This document shows positions 1 through 11,771 of a DNA stretch of 64,000 nt, piece by piece (the stretch's first letter is position 1; every line of letters begins with the position of its first letter). The notes below the pieces were generated by a model. It ran no database searches. It was not told the origin of the DNA and saw only the letters and a list, made by a program, of their open reading frames with translations. Origin of the DNA: an uncultured Spirochaetota bacterium (GTDB lineage: Bacteria; Spirochaetota; Spirochaetia; SZUA-6; Fen-1364); contig CAVUXE010000035.1 of assembly GCA_963745235.1 (NCBI GenBank), positions 278,752 through 342,751 of the forward strand, written 5' to 3'. A program made the translations under genes and the position numbers.

Positions 1-1
1 C

Positions 2-511
2 AAACCACGCGATGATGACGACGACGTCTACTCCTATGACCAATCCAATAAGGCAGATGTAGTGAGGGATTGCAAGGAACCATTTGACGAGAGGGAGTCC
101 CGCCTTCAAGTCTTTCTGCACATCAGGATAGGGAATGTGGATATGGACTGCCTGCTCTTCATCTGTTGAAGGATATTTGTCTGTCAGCAGCCAAAGAAAG
201 GCGGAAACTCTAGCTGCAAACTTCGCAATGCCGACATTCCAATCAAACCACCATCTGGGATACTTCCACCTGAACAAGATCATGAGGACTGTAGGTAGGA
301 AGATGATGCCACCTGCAAGAAGTGGAAATGTGCCGAGATGACGATAATGGTGGTAACCACCACCACTCCAGTGAGGACCACTGATGAGAAGGAGAATGCC
401 AAGGATTGGCAGGATGAGGATGATGCGGAACGCCGTGGTCAGCCGATTGAGACGTTCTGGATAGTCAATGTCGAGGGTGACAGGGTATGAAGACTCAGGG
501 GCCTTTGCCAT
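2..511 (-). CDS. DUF4389-family membrane protein (runs off window start)
   Basis: Manual translation from ATG 511 (SD AAGGAGG): MAKAPESSYPVTLDIDYPERLNRLTTAFRIIL...LFRWKYPRWWFDWN...LLTDKYPS...LPLVKWFLAIPHY, typical DUF4389 repeats; no stop inside the window. Confidence 0.75.
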   Translation of the reverse strand, partial: MAKAPESSYPVTLDIDYPERLNRLTTAFRIILILPILGILLLISGPHWSGGGYHHYRHLGTFPLLAGGIIFLPTVLMILFRWKYPRWWFDWNVGIAKFAARVSAFLWLLTDKYPSTDEEQAVHIHIPYPDVQKDLKAGLPLVKWFLAIPHYICLIGLVIGVDVVVIIAWF

Positions 512-645
512 AGTTTCCTCCTTTGCCTACGGCTAACAATAGTGGAATCACCGGGACAAGACCATTAACGCAACTTTCAGCAGATGGCACGATTAAACTG
601 CTTCACCTATTGATGCGCTATTTGTATTGGAGTGGAGTTGGGGGG

Positions 646-984
646 TCACTTGCCTGCGATCTTTTTGGTCCCTTCGCCACTTACCTTGATGACGACCTTC
701 ACAGCATCTTCCATCGGGTCTTTGAAGGGCACTTCGATTCGAAGCAGTCCGTGTTCGTATGTCGCCTCGGCTTTGTCAGGTTTCACCGCCCAGCCCAAAG
801 CCAAGGATGCAACATACTCAATGTCCCTCGCTATCGCTGACAGGTGGACGCTGTCCTCCAGCATCTTGAGATCAATGGTATCCGCTGGCGCTCCTGGGAT
901 GGCGAACTCCACAATGAGCTTCCGGTTCTCCGCATCAGCATAGGCCACGTTATCGGGGGCAACCTTCATTCGATATTCGGGCAT
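646..984 (-). CDS. Hsp20/alpha-crystallin small heat-shock protein
   Basis: 112 aa; EFAIPG and AEATYEHGLLRIEVP motifs; SD AAGGAGG. Confidence 0.85.
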   Translation of the reverse strand: MPEYRMKVAPDNVAYADAENRKLIVEFAIPGAPADTIDLKMLEDSVHLSAIARDIEYVASLALGWAVKPDKAEATYEHGLLRIEVPFKDPMEDAVKVVIKVSGEGTKKIAGK

Positions 985-1714
985 CTATGTACCCTCCTTT
1001 TTGATCTAGACGCAATGTAGCCATTGTAAGGGTAAAAAAATAGGGATTTCGATTTGCAGCTGACTGAGGACCAACTGATCAGCAAGGATGAGAACGCTGG
1101 TCTTGAACAACTCACGAGTTGACCTACCGCATTTGGCGCCCGCGAGCCCTGGCTTCGGGCATCCAGAAGTCACAATCTACCCGCTCGGCGAAATACCATA
1201 ACCTCAGCGCAAAGCGTGCCCTAGAGGATTTTTATCTACCTACCCCCTATCCGGATAGGGTGTTCGAGGAGAGTTTTGGCAAGTATTATTAATGAGAGGG
1301 TCTACGCTATTTTGAATTGGACTCATGAGGAGGGACTGTGGCGGAAAAGAAAGCAAAGATTCTAACTGTCAACTGCTTCTTGCTCTTTTCTGGCGTTGTG
1401 GCTACCGGTCGAACAAGCCCGCTAACTGCTGCGTTGCCCTGATCCAGGAGCGAATGGGCGACGAGGTTTCCGAGCCAGCCAGTGATTCCGAAGGTGGTCT
1501 CGATACGCGGCGCAGAGCTGTCTCATGTCAGGAATACTGGGCGTTCGGAGGGCCAAAGAGGCAGCCTGGATGATCAATAGGAAAACGTCACTCCTCTTGG
1601 GGCCGCTGAACGGCTGACAGCATGGAAAGCAGTCAGACACCAGGAAAGAGCCGCGGCTCTGGTCAGGAGGAGGTTCGCGGCCGAAGGCCATGTCTGGCGA
1701 GGAGCCTGATATAT

Positions 1715-1873
1715 TATCCTGTCCAGGCCACAGTCCTCGCATTGAACGGCATCTGGATCCGAAACGATTACCTCCTCCCCATGCTGATCCTGGGAAAGGG
1801 TAATGCGGCGATAACGATTTCTCTCGCCGTTTTCAACTTCGCCGCGGCCTATTATGGTCAAGCAATTGGGTGA
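1715..1873 (+). pseudogene. Remnant of a MalG-type carbohydrate ABC permease C-terminus
   Basis: ATVLALNGIWIRNDYLLPMLILGKGN...ISLAVFNF resembles the WIWNDYLLP motif; no N-terminal part. Confidence 0.5.
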
Positions 1874-1928
1874 AGCAAAGCGCCGCGGCACTATTCGGCG
1901 TTAATTTAGCCCCCAATTGGGAGAGAAA

Positions 1929-3884
1929 ATGCTTGTAAAAGATCCAAACAAGTCCCGACTGCCGTCACCGCTCAACCGGAACTTCTCACTTTGGGGGGTA
2001 GTGGCGTCCGTCCTTCTGGTCCTGGCTCTGAACTTCCTCCTGATCCCCAAGCCCTCGGTCATGATGGTCGATTTCAGCGCTTTCAAGAAGCTGATCACGG
2101 ATGGTTCGATCAAGCGCGTGGAAATGACCCCGAGCGCCTATTACGGATTCGCTCTTACCAAGGAGCAGCAGGATGCTCTGCGGCAACAGGCTCAGCAGGG
2201 TAAGGTCACCCAGACGGGCAGTGCTCCCGCAAAGGAGTACCAGACCGCCCCCGTTCAGGACCCCGGGTTCGTAGCGCTGCTGGATTCCAAGGAGGTCGAA
2301 TACTACGAGGTCCTGCCGCAAAACCATCCTATCCTCGGCTTCCTGATTAGCTGGATTCTTCCCTTTGGCGCCATGTTCCTGATTTGGCGGCTTTTGTCCC
2401 GGCGCATGGGCGGGCTGGGGCGCGGTGTGATGAGCTTCGGACAGAACAAGTCCCTCTTGGTGGCCGAGGGGAATACAGGGGTCAGATTCGACGACGTGGC
2501 GGGAGCCGAGGAGGCGAAGGCGGAACTCGTCGAAGTCATCGATTTCCTCAAGCATCCCGCCCGCTACACTGCCATCGGCGGAAAGATCCCAAAAGGGGTG
2601 CTGCTTGTCGGTGCGCCAGGGACAGGGAAGACTCTCATGGCTCGGGCAGTTGCCGGAGAGGCAGGCGTGGCCTTTTTTAAGATCAGCGGCTCGGAGTTCG
2701 TGGAGATGTTCGTGGGGGTTGGCGCGGCACGGGTGCGAGACCTGTTCCAGCAAGCCAGGGGCAAGGCACCCTGCATCATCTTCATTGACGAGCTGGATGC
2801 CATCGGGAAAAGCAGAGCACAGGCACTGTCCGCCAACGACGAACGAGAGCAGACCCTGAACCAGCTCCTGGTGGAAATGGACGGGTTCGATTCGCGAACC
2901 GGAGTCATAATTCTGGCTGCCACGAACCGGCCTGAGGTCCTGGACCCCGCCCTTTTGCGTCCCGGACGTTTCGACAGGCAGGTCCTCATGGACAAGCCCG
3001 ACCTGAACGGCCGGGAGGCGATCCTGCGCATTCACAGCCAGGAGGTGCGGCTGGAAGATTCGGTGAACCTCAGGGATGTAGCCCGCAGGACTCCCGGGTT
3101 CGTCGGAGCGGACCTCGCAAATCTGGTGAATGAGGCAGCGCTTCTGGCGGTCAGGGCGGGGAGGGAAAAGGTGACGCAGCCTGACTTCGATTCGGCCTTC
3201 GAGAGACTGGTCGCGGGGCTGGAGAAGAGAAACCGCTTGATCAACGAGAAGGAGCGAAAGATCGTCGCCTACCACGAGACAGGCCATGCACTGGTTGCTC
3301 ATATGACTCCGGGGGCGGACTCAGTGGAAAAGATCTCCATCGTGCCTCGTGGCCTTGGCGCTCTGGGGTACACTATGCAGCTCCCCACTGAGGACCGTTT
3401 CCTGATGACCGAGGGTGAGCTGAACACTCGGATCGACGTTCTGCTCGGGGGAAGGGCCGCGGAGCAGCTGGTTTTCCATGAAGTTTCCACGGGCGCCACG
3501 AACGACCTGGACAAAGCAGGAGACATTGCCCGTCGAATGATTACAGACTTCGGAATGAGCGAAAGGTTCCGCAACACCTTCCTGCCCGCGAGGAGACAGG
3601 GCCAGCTACTTGGAGACGCCAACGCCATAACGCTGCGCGAATACTCGGAGGCTACCCAGCAGTACGTGGACGAGGAATCCGCCAGGATCATAGACAGAAG
3701 GTACGAGAAAGTCGCCGACATGCTCCGTCGCCACGAAGGTCTCCTTCACGAAATAGCCGAAAAGCTTCTGGAGGTCGAGGTACTGGAAAAGGCGCAATTC
3801 AAAGCCATGATCGAAAAATTCTCGGACAGGAAGACGGCTGCTGCCGGCAGCACGGAGACGTCGAAGGGCCAACCGCTGCATTAG
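1929..3884 (+). CDS. ftsH: ATP-dependent zinc metalloprotease FtsH
   Basis: Two TM helices, Walker A GAPGTGKT, Walker [37 protein letters not shown] zinc motif. Confidence 0.97.
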   Translation: MLVKDPNKSRLPSPLNRNFSLWGVVASVLLVLALNFLLIPKPSVMMVDFSAFKKLITDGSIKRVEMTPSAYYGFALTKEQQDALRQQAQQGKVTQTGSAPAKEYQTAPVQDPGFVALLDSKEVEYYEVLPQNHPILGFLISWILPFGAMFLIWRLLSRRMGGLGRGVMSFGQNKSLLVAEGNTGVRFDDVAGAEEAKAELVEVIDFLKHPARYTAIGGKIPKGVLLVGAPGTGKTLMARAVAGEAGVAFFKISGSEFVEMFVGVGAARVRDLFQQARGKAPCIIFIDELDAIGKSRAQALSANDEREQTLNQLLVEMDGFDSRTGVIILAATNRPEVLDPALLRPGRFDRQVLMDKPDLNGREAILRIHSQEVRLEDSVNLRDVARRTPGFVGADLANLVNEAALLAVRAGREKVTQPDFDSAFERLVAGLEKRNRLINEKERKIVAYHETGHALVAHMTPGADSVEKISIVPRGLGALGYTMQLPTEDRFLMTEGELNTRIDVLLGGRAAEQLVFHEVSTGATNDLDKAGDIARRMITDFGMSERFRNTFLPARRQGQLLGDANAITLREYSEATQQYVDEESARIIDRRYEKVADMLRRHEGLLHEIAEKLLEVEVLEKAQFKAMIEKFSDRKTAAAGSTETSKGQPLH

Positions 3885-4458
3885 AATCACGTTTCTTATT
3901 GTTGCCAGCACGGTCTCGACTCCGCAGCTCAGGGAGTGCTCGTTTTCGCAATTCTAGCAGTGACACAGTGAGGTTTTTGGACTTGAGCTCTTGGCTCCGT
4001 TCATCGAGCACACCGTTGCGGGGTCGATTTCCCAGCGCGTTTAGCCTCAATTCAGGCTCCTGGGAGTGGCGGGGAAAGACCGAGCTTTTGATCCGCATAT
4101 GCAGAACCGCCCAGGCCGGCACAGGCAACTCGGGATCTTGTGGAGAGCCAGGGCAAAAACGAATCAGAATTACTGGAAGACCGTGAGTCCAATCTGTCCC
4201 GGATGCCGGACTTGGAATTAGTACAAGTTGATGCAAATCAGAGCGAGTTGAGGAAAGTCAAAAGAATGGCTCCGGCTGGTTTCCCAATGCTGGAGGTCGG
4301 GAGTTCGATTTCCCTTGCTCGCTCTTTTTATGGCGACCCAGCTTGAAGCGCAGAGGTAAAGCTCGCCAGGCAACGACGGGGAGATCCGCGCCGACAGACT
4401 CGTCCATAATGAGCGCCGCGCGGCCCCCCCGCGGCCCGCCCCTTCCGTACTCCACGGG

Positions 4459-5503
4459 TCAGGCGATTGCGCGCTTCCTCAACGCCCGGCGCTCGGCGCG
4501 AGCGGAAAGGAGACGGTTGAACACCAGCACAAGAATCAGCACCCCACCCCAGATCACGTCCCGGTAGAAGTTGGATACCTGGTTGAACATGTTGAGGCCG
4601 GACGAAAGGAACTGGAGGATCAGGATGGCGAGGGTGACGCCCGTGATCTTGCCGAAACCGCCGTTCGGATCGATGCCCCCGAGCACGGCGATGAGCACGC
4701 ACTGGAGCGTGTAGGGGGCCCCGTACTCCGCCTTGGCCGAGTTGGCGCGCGCCATCATGATGAGGCCCGCGACGGAGGAGAGCAGCCCGGAGAGCAGGTA
4801 GGTGCGCCGCAGGATCGAGGCGTTGTTGAGCCCCGCGTATCGGGCGGCCTTGGGGTTGGTCCCGTAGAGGTACATGTAGGTGCCGAAGCGGGTGCGGGAG
4901 AGGAGGAGGCCGACGCCGACCGCGATCACGAGGAAGAGGATGAAGGAGAGGGGGAAGAGGTTGAAGAACTCCGTGTTGCCGATCTTCGAGTAAAGGAGGG
5001 GCAGCCGGCTCTGGGGCCGACCGTTCGTGATGCCGACCGCGATGCCCGTGTAGAGCTGCTGGGTTCCGAGGGTGGCAAGGATGGCAGGGATGTTGAATCG
5101 GGAGATCAGGATCCCCGCGAAGTAGCCGCAGGCGAGCCCCGTCGCCAGCGAGATGAGGACCGCGGCCACGATGTAGGGCAGGACCACCTGGGGCGGCGCG
5201 CCCGCGGGCACGACGCCGATGAGGAACTTCGCCGCGAGGATGGCCGAGAGATTGGCCGTGCCGACGACGCCGAGGTCGATGCCCCCGGTGATCATCGTCA
5301 AGCTGATGCCGATCGCCATGATGCCGTACTCGGGGAACTGGCGCATCATCGAGCCGAAATTGGCGAGTGTGGGGAACAGTCCCGGCCGCAGCGCAGTCAT
5401 CAGCGCGAAAACGAGGACAAGCATGACGAAGAGCCGCACAAGGTTCTGGTCGCGGCTCTTGCGAGCCTGGAGGCGCGGGGATTCCCGCGTGGGTGGTGTT
5501 CAT
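4459..5503 (-). CDS. Monosaccharide ABC permease (YjfF/RbsC family); 5' junction frameshifted, alternative GTG start 5439
   Basis: TGGIDLGV, GTNPKAARYAG, IAVLGG motifs. Confidence 0.88.
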
Positions 5504-6527
5504 GGCGCCTGCCTGTGCCCTTCGGGCGGGGCCGCGCTCGCGCCGCCGCTTCGTGGTGATCTGCCGAGCGGTGACCCCCGTGCCGATGATGATGACCGCG
5601 CCGGTGAAGACGCGGGTCCAGTAGGTCGGTATGCCCATCAGGATGAGGCTGTTTGCGAGGATGATCACCAGGGCGACGCCGAGCGCGGTGCCCGTGAGGG
5701 TGCCGACCCCGCCCGTGACGCGGGTCCCGCCGAGCACGACCGCCGCGATGACCGTGAGCTCCATCCCGAGCACGGTCGAGGGATCGGCGTACGCGATCAT
5801 CGAGATTCGCGCGATGCCCGTGATCCCCGCGAGGACGCCGACCAGGCAGTAGAGGAACATCTTGATGGCACGAACGTTGAAGCCCGCCCGCTCCGCTGCC
5901 GCCTCGTCGCCGCCGATGGCGTAGATGCCGCGGCCGACCATCGTGTAGCGCAGCAGGAGAAAGGCCAGGGCGAAGCACGCCGACCAGGATGAGGACCTGG
6001 GAGGGCATGTTCGAGGTGAGGCCGAGCTGCGGGTTCACGGCGGTGAACAGGGTCTCTTTGCTGTGGGCGATGATGGCCGGGGGCACGTCGGACGCGCTCG
6101 CCGAGAAGGCGCCGAACATGAGGCCCGTGAAGAGACTCGCCGTGCCGAGGGTCACCACGAGTGTCGGCAGCCGGAGGAAGGCGATCAGCAACCCGTTGAG
6201 CGCCCCCATGACGAGACCGAGGCCGGCCGACATCGCGTAGGCGAGAAGGACGCTGCCGGCGTAGTGCGACGAGAGGAGGACGCGGTCCGTCACGTACATG
6301 GCGAGGGAGGCGACGGCCGTGAAGGACACGTCGATGCCCCCCGAAACGATGACCATCATGCAGCCGACGGAGAAGAGGCCGGGCACGATCATGGCCTGCA
6401 CGAGGTCCACGAGGTTGTTGCCGGTGAAGAACTGTCCCGACCGGACCTGGATCAGGAGGCTGAGGACGACGATGGACGCCAGGACCCAGGGTTCGGACCT
6501 TCCCAGCAGCCGGCGCGGATTGATCAC
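5500..6527 (-). CDS. Monosaccharide ABC permease (YtfT/RbsC family); frameshift near 5972, 3' end approximate
   Basis: SGGIDVSF in one frame; GRGIYAIGGDEAAAERAG and ELTVIAAVVLGG in the other. Confidence 0.85.
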
Positions 6528-6544
6528 CCTCGCGACCTCCCTTC

Positions 6545-8039
6545 CTACGCCACGCCGGTGGACAGCTCGCCCAGCCTCGATTCCGTCGTCGATGCCGGGT
6601 CGAGCTCCTGGACGAGGGCGCCGTCCCGCATCACGAGGATCCGGCTCGTGCAGGCGAGCACCTCCGGCAGGTCGTCCGAGACCACGATGATGGCGAGCCC
6701 GGAGGCGGCGAGCCTGCGCATCAGGGCGTGGATATCGTACTTCGAGCCGATGTCGACGCCCATCGTGGGGCCGTTCAGTACGAGGACCTTGAGGTCGTTG
6801 GCCAACCAGCGGGCCAGGACGGCCTTCTGCTGGTTCCCGCCAGAGAGTGTCCGCACCGGGAGGGAGGGGTCCCTGGTCGCGATAGAAAGCTCGGAGATCC
6901 AGCGCGCCGTGGTCTCCGCGACGGCCTTCGTCTTGAGGAAGCCGAGCCGGGAGGAGAGCCGCGCGAGCACCGCGACCACGATGTTGCGCTCGATGGTCTG
7001 GGGTTGGAACAGACCCTCCGTGAGGCGGTCAGAGGGCACATAGCCGATGCCCCGGCGGATCGCGGCCTTGACGCTGCGCATCCGCGCCGGCCTTCCCTCG
7101 ACCTGGATCGTGCCCCCGTCGGGCCTCGAGATGCCGAAGATGGTCTCGACCAGCTCTGTCCGCCCCGATCCAAGGAGGCCGGTGATGCCGAGGATCTCGC
7201 CCGGCGAGAGGTCGAAGGAAACGTCGGCGTAGCAGCCGCGCAGCGTGAGGCCCTTCACCGACAGCACAGGCTTCCCGACCGGGCCCGCGAGGCGATAGGA
7301 CTCCTCCGTAAACTCCCGGCCGGTCATGTGGAAGGCGAAGGTCTTTCGATCGAGATCCCGCGTGCTGCCGGAGGCGGCGTTTTCCCCGCTCCTGATGATC
7401 GTGTAGCGTTCGGAGATCTCGAAGACCTCGTCGAGCTTGTGGGAGACGAAGAGGATCGAGATCCCCCGAGACTGGAGATTCTTGATTACGGCGAAGAGGG
7501 CCTTCACCTCCTTCTTGGTCAAAGCGGAGGTGGGCTCGTCCATGATGATGAGCTTCGAGTTCTGCAGCAGTGCGCGGCAGATCGCGATGAGCTGGCGGTC
7601 CGCGACTGAGAGGTTCTCCACGCGCTCGTCGAGGTCGATATCGAAGCCGATGAGGGAGACGGCGCGGGCAGCGATCGATCGGGCCCTGCGGTAGTTCATC
7701 AGTTTGCGGCTGTCCATGAGCTCCCTGTTGAGGGCGAGATTCTCCATCACGCTCAGGTTGGGGAAGACGGAGAAATCCTGGTAGATGACCTGGACGCCGA
7801 GGGCGATTGCCTCCATGGGGGTGAGGCGGGAGAAGGAGCGTCCGCCGATCTCAATTCTGCCCGCGTCGGGCTCGGTGGACGCCCGAGATCACCTTGATGA
7901 GGGTGGACTTGCCCGAGCCGTTCTCGCCCGCGAGGCAGTGAATCTCCCCCGCACCGATCTCCAGGCTCACCCCCTTGAGCGCCTGGACTCCTCCGAAGGA
8001 CTTGACGATCCCCTGGACCCTCAGAACGGCATCCGACAC
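6545..8039 (-). CDS. Sugar ABC ATP-binding protein with two NBDs (RbsA/YtfR-like); frameshift near 7875
   Basis: GENGSGKST in the 7851-8177 ORF; DEPTSAL and LSGGNQQK in the 6545-7816 ORF; GTG start 8039. Confidence 0.9.
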
Positions 8040-8157
8040 CTCGAGCCTCCGCGACCGCAGGGTATCATAAAAAGCGCGGACGGGAGCATCACGCCCCGCC
8101 CGCGCCCTCATGGGAAGATGGTACGGGAGTACCCGTTCGGCGATAGTACGCCGCAGC

Positions 8158-9192
8158 CTAGAATCCGAACGTGTCAACGTTGGCCTTGTTGATCGTGATC
8201 CAGCCCTGTCCCTGGAGTACCGTGGTCGAGCCGGGCTTGAACTTCATGCTCGTCCAGCCCGGAGCCTTCAGGTTGATACCGTTGGCGACCTTCTCTCCCT
8301 TGAGGACGGCGACGGCCATCGCAAGCTGGGCATAGCCGGCGTCCCTGGGGTCCCAGAGGAGGACGCCATCAACGGTTCCGTCCTTGATGAAGGGCGCGCA
8401 CTCGTTGGGCAGTCCGACCGCAGTCACGAAGGCTTTGCCCTGAAGGCCGAGCTCCTCGATGGCACGACCGGTGCCCGGGACGGAGAGCGAGGAGGTTCCG
8501 AAGATGCCCTTGAGATTGGGATACTTCTTGAAGAGCTCCTTGGCCCGCTGGTAGGCGGTGTCGAGGTTGTCCATGATCTCGACGCGCGGCTCGGCGGCGA
8601 GCAGTGTCATGCCGGGGTAATGCGCCTTCTGGTAGGCGACGCCGGCGTCGGCCCACTCGTTATGCGAGGCGTTGGTGACGTTGCCGACCATCGTCGTGTA
8701 GACGCCCTTTTCCCCCATCATCTTGGCCAGCTCCTTCATGATCGTCTGGCCGAGGCCCTCGTTCGAGAAGGCTTCGATGTCGTAGAGGCAGTTCTGCTGG
8801 GAGGCGCCCTCATGGTCGATGACCACGATGCCCTTGGAAAGGGCTTCGCCGAGCACGGGCTCAAGGGCCGAGGGATCGACCGGTACGACGCAGATGGCGT
8901 CGACGCCCTGGGCGATAAGGTCCTCGATGACCTGGGCCTGCATGGCAGCGTCGGTCTTCGGGGGTCCCTTCTGGAAGACGTTGATCCCCGTTGCCTTGGC
9001 GAACTCCTTGACGCCGACCTCCATCCGAACGAACCAGGCGTTCGTGGCGTCCTTGGGGACCAGGGCGATCTTCCATGCCGATTGCGGCTTGGAAGACTTG
9101 AACTTCATGGGATCATAGTTCTGCGCGAAGAGCGGCACCGAGAGCATGAAGACGAGCACGAGCGATACCACGAGAACCAGTGTTCGTTTCAT
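8158..9192 (-). CDS. Periplasmic sugar-binding protein (LsrB/RhaS-like)
   Basis: Signal peptide [23 protein letters not shown]; [32 protein letters not shown]. Confidence 0.9.
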   Translation of the reverse strand: MKRTLVLVVSLVLVFMLSVPLFAQNYDPMKFKSSKPQSAWKIALVPKDATNAWFVRMEVGVKEFAKATGINVFQKGPPKTDAAMQAQVIEDLIAQGVDAICVVPVDPSALEPVLGEALSKGIVVIDHEGASQQNCLYDIEAFSNEGLGQTIMKELAKMMGEKGVYTTMVGNVTNASHNEWADAGVAYQKAHYPGMTLLAAEPRVEIMDNLDTAYQRAKELFKKYPNLKGIFGTSSLSVPGTGRAIEELGLQGKAFVTAVGLPNECAPFIKDGTVDGVLLWDPRDAGYAQLAMAVAVLKGEKVANGINLKAPGWTSMKFKPGSTTVLQGQGWITINKANVDTFGF

Positions 9193-9391
9193 CTTGTCCC
9201 TCCTTCTTCGGGTCAAAGATGGTGCGAGTCTATCATTGGCATGCACCCTGTCAAGGGAAATTTAGTGATGCATAAGTAAAACAAGGCATTTCTTCAAGTA
9301 CCTGGTCTCCAAACGGTGCGCCGATGCACTGAAGCGCTCCGCGCTAATCGCTTGGAGAGTAGAGATGCATTTACTAAATATTCAGTTATCC

Positions 9392-9420
9392 TTGACAAAT
9401 GGACTTTTCGACCCTACGCT
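9392..9420 (+). promoter_or_regulatory. sigma70-type promoter of lacI-isomerase
   Basis: TTGACA-17 nt-TACGCT. Confidence 0.55.
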
Positions 9421-9454
9421 GTCCTATATTGCCCAAAGAAAGGTCGGCGACGGG

Positions 9455-10471
9455 ATGAGCGTTCGCGTAAAGGATATCGCCGCGGCAGTCGGTGTATCGC
9501 CGACCACGGTGTCTCTCGTTCTCAACAACAAGCCCGGCGCTGGGGAGAATTTGCGAGAGCGGATTCTCCGCACGGCGAAGGACCTCGGGTATGCGGCCCC
9601 GAAGGGCGCCAGGGCCGGCTCGCTCTGCCTCCTCCACATCGCTCGGCACGGCCACACCGTCAATCGCGACCATGACGTCTTCATCGCGGACTATATCGAA
9701 GGCCTCAGCCACGAGGCGAAGCTCGGGGGATACGCCCTCGAGATCGTCACCTTCAAGCCGGCGCCGATAGCGCAGGTCCTCGACGTCGCCCTCGGGATGG
9801 CCCCGGACGGATTCGTCGTCCTCGGGACCGAGCTGACCCGCCAGGACGTCGAGGCCTTCGGCGAGCTTCGCAAGCCCCTCGTCTTCCTCGACACCTACCA
9901 TGAGTTCCTGGACTTCGACTTCGTCGACATGAACAACGAGGACTCCGTTTTCCTCATCCTGTCCCACCTCCACGCGATGGGCCACCGGGAGATCGGCTTC
10001 GTCCGCGCGGCGGTCGAAACGCGGAATATCCGCTTGCGCGAGGAGGGATTCTACGCAGGGCTGGGCAGGCTCGGCCTCGAGGCGGACAAGTCCTTCGTTT
10101 TCTCCGTCGACCAGACCTATCACGGGGCTTGCGATGACATGAAGGCGATCCTCGCCGGCAGGCCGCGGCTTCCGACGGCCCTTGTCTGCGGCAACGACAT
10201 CATCGCGTGCGGTTGCCTGAAGGCGTGCTCCGACACCGGCATCAGTGTCCCCGATGACCTCTCCATCGTCGGCTTCGACAACCTCCCCCTTGCGGCGGTC
10301 GTCGACCCGCCGCTCACCACCATCCAGGTCTCCAAGGCCCAGATCGGCCGGATGGCAATCCAGCTCCTCGTCTCGCGGCTACGGGGCGACGCAGACGTGC
10401 CTTCGGTGAAGGTGCTCATCGGCGGCAAGCTCGTCGAGCGGCGCAGTGTGAAAAGGAGGGAAGCGACATGA
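9455..10471 (+). CDS. LacI-family regulator
   Basis: N-terminal HTH VKDIAAAVGVSPTTVSLVLN; VPDDLSIVGFDN, PPLTTI. Confidence 0.93.
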   Translation: MSVRVKDIAAAVGVSPTTVSLVLNNKPGAGENLRERILRTAKDLGYAAPKGARAGSLCLLHIARHGHTVNRDHDVFIADYIEGLSHEAKLGGYALEIVTFKPAPIAQVLDVALGMAPDGFVVLGTELTRQDVEAFGELRKPLVFLDTYHEFLDFDFVDMNNEDSVFLILSHLHAMGHREIGFVRAAVETRNIRLREEGFYAGLGRLGLEADKSFVFSVDQTYHGACDDMKAILAGRPRLPTALVCGNDIIACGCLKACSDTGISVPDDLSIVGFDNLPLAAVVDPPLTTIQVSKAQIGRMAIQLLVSRLRGDADVPSVKVLIGGKLVERRSVKRREAT

Positions 10472-11439
10472 AGTATTCCGTCATTCTCGGCAACCTGGGC
10501 AACACCTGCGACAGGTTCCTGTCCTCGGGTTACAAGGAACAGCTCCCCAAAGCGGAGATGATCCGGCAGGCCGCGGCCATCGAGGGCGTGAAAGGCGTCG
10601 AGCTCGTGGGCACGTGGGACGTGACGCGCGAGAACGTCGACGAGATCGGCGGGCTCCTGGCCAGGCACGGCCTTCAGTGCGTCTCGATCATCCCCGACCA
10701 CTTCTCGCAGAAACGCTGGGGCAGGGGCGCCTTCGTCTCGAAGGACCCGGCGATCCGCGCCCAGGCACTCGAGGAGACCCTGGCCGCTGCCGAGCTCGCG
10801 CGGAAGCTGAAGTGCCCCCTCGTCAATCTCTGGCCGGGCCAGGACGGCTACGACTATATCTTCCAGTCCGACTACCGCGTGGAGCGGCGCTGGACGATTG
10901 AGGCGGTCAAAGCCGCGGCGAAGGCCTATCCGGACATCCGCTTCTCTCTCGAGTACAAGCCGAAGGAGCCTCGTACGCACTCCACGTGGGCACGCGCCGC
11001 GGACACCCTCCTGGTGGCAAGAGAAACGGGCCTCCCCAACGTGGGGGTCACCATCGACACCGGCCACTCGCTCGCCGGGGGCGAGAACGTGGCGGAGGCA
11101 GCGGTCATCCTGTCAGACTACGGCCGCAAGCTTTTCCACCTGCACTTCAACGACAACTACCGTTCGTGGGACGACGACATGATCGTTGGCGCGGTGCACT
11201 TCGCGGAGTTCCTCGAGCTGCTCTTCTGGCTGCGGGAGGTCGGTTACGACGGCTGGTATTCCATGGACCAGTACCCGTACCGCGAGGACGGACAGGCCGC
11301 CATCCGATCCAGCGTCGAGTTCCTGCGCGGGCTCGAAACCATGCTCGACGGCTCCATGGACGAGTTGCGTGCCGTCATTGCCTCGGGGGACCCGATCGCC
11401 TACACGGCCTGGCTCAGGTCGAAGCTCTTCCGGCGCTGA
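10468..11439 (+). CDS. Xylose-isomerase-like TIM-barrel sugar isomerase/epimerase
   Basis: WPGQDGYDY, EYKPKEPR, DTGH, HFNDN...DDD metal ligands; ATGA-coupled to lacI. Confidence 0.85.
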   Translation: MKYSVILGNLGNTCDRFLSSGYKEQLPKAEMIRQAAAIEGVKGVELVGTWDVTRENVDEIGGLLARHGLQCVSIIPDHFSQKRWGRGAFVSKDPAIRAQALEETLAAAELARKLKCPLVNLWPGQDGYDYIFQSDYRVERRWTIEAVKAAAKAYPDIRFSLEYKPKEPRTHSTWARAADTLLVARETGLPNVGVTIDTGHSLAGGENVAEAAVILSDYGRKLFHLHFNDNYRSWDDDMIVGAVHFAEFLELLFWLREVGYDGWYSMDQYPYREDGQAAIRSSVEFLRGLETMLDGSMDELRAVIASGDPIAYTAWLRSKLFRR

Positions 11440-11569
11440 AGATTCAGCGCGGATGCGCTCCTGCATCTCGGCAACCGTGAGGTCGCCGCATAGTTCCCTT
11501 GCTGCCCTATTGCACCTTGCGGATACGCTGGTTGAGAGTGTCGCCGACATTGGGCCAGAAGGACTTTGA

Positions 11570-11701
11570 CTTGGCGCGGATGGAGACGGATTCATTTTGA
11601 CAGCCGAAATCCTCGATTTCCTGAAGGACTGGCTGCAAAACCACATCAAAGGGATGGACAGGCAATACATCCCATGCTTCGTCGAGAACGGACTGCGGTG
11701 A
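11570..11701 (+). pseudogene. Hemerythrin C-terminal remnant
   Basis: Frame opening after a TGA reads ...[32 protein letters not shown], matching WLxxHIxxxDxxY; N-terminal ligands absent. Confidence 0.6.
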
Positions 11702-11771
11702 GGCGCGCGTAGCCTGCGTCGTTGGCGGTTTCTGCTTTGCTCAGGGCACTGAGCGGCACGCCGCCGCCTGC

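Noticed and set aside
985-1928. CIRCE or HAIR heat-shock operators
   Set aside because: No adequate match to either consensus
3885-4458. ORFs between ftsH and the sugar permease
   Set aside because: No SD, motif or recognisable homology; likely debris
4328-5941. 537-aa ORF as one fused protein
   Set aside because: Permease C-half running out of frame across the next permease because of indels
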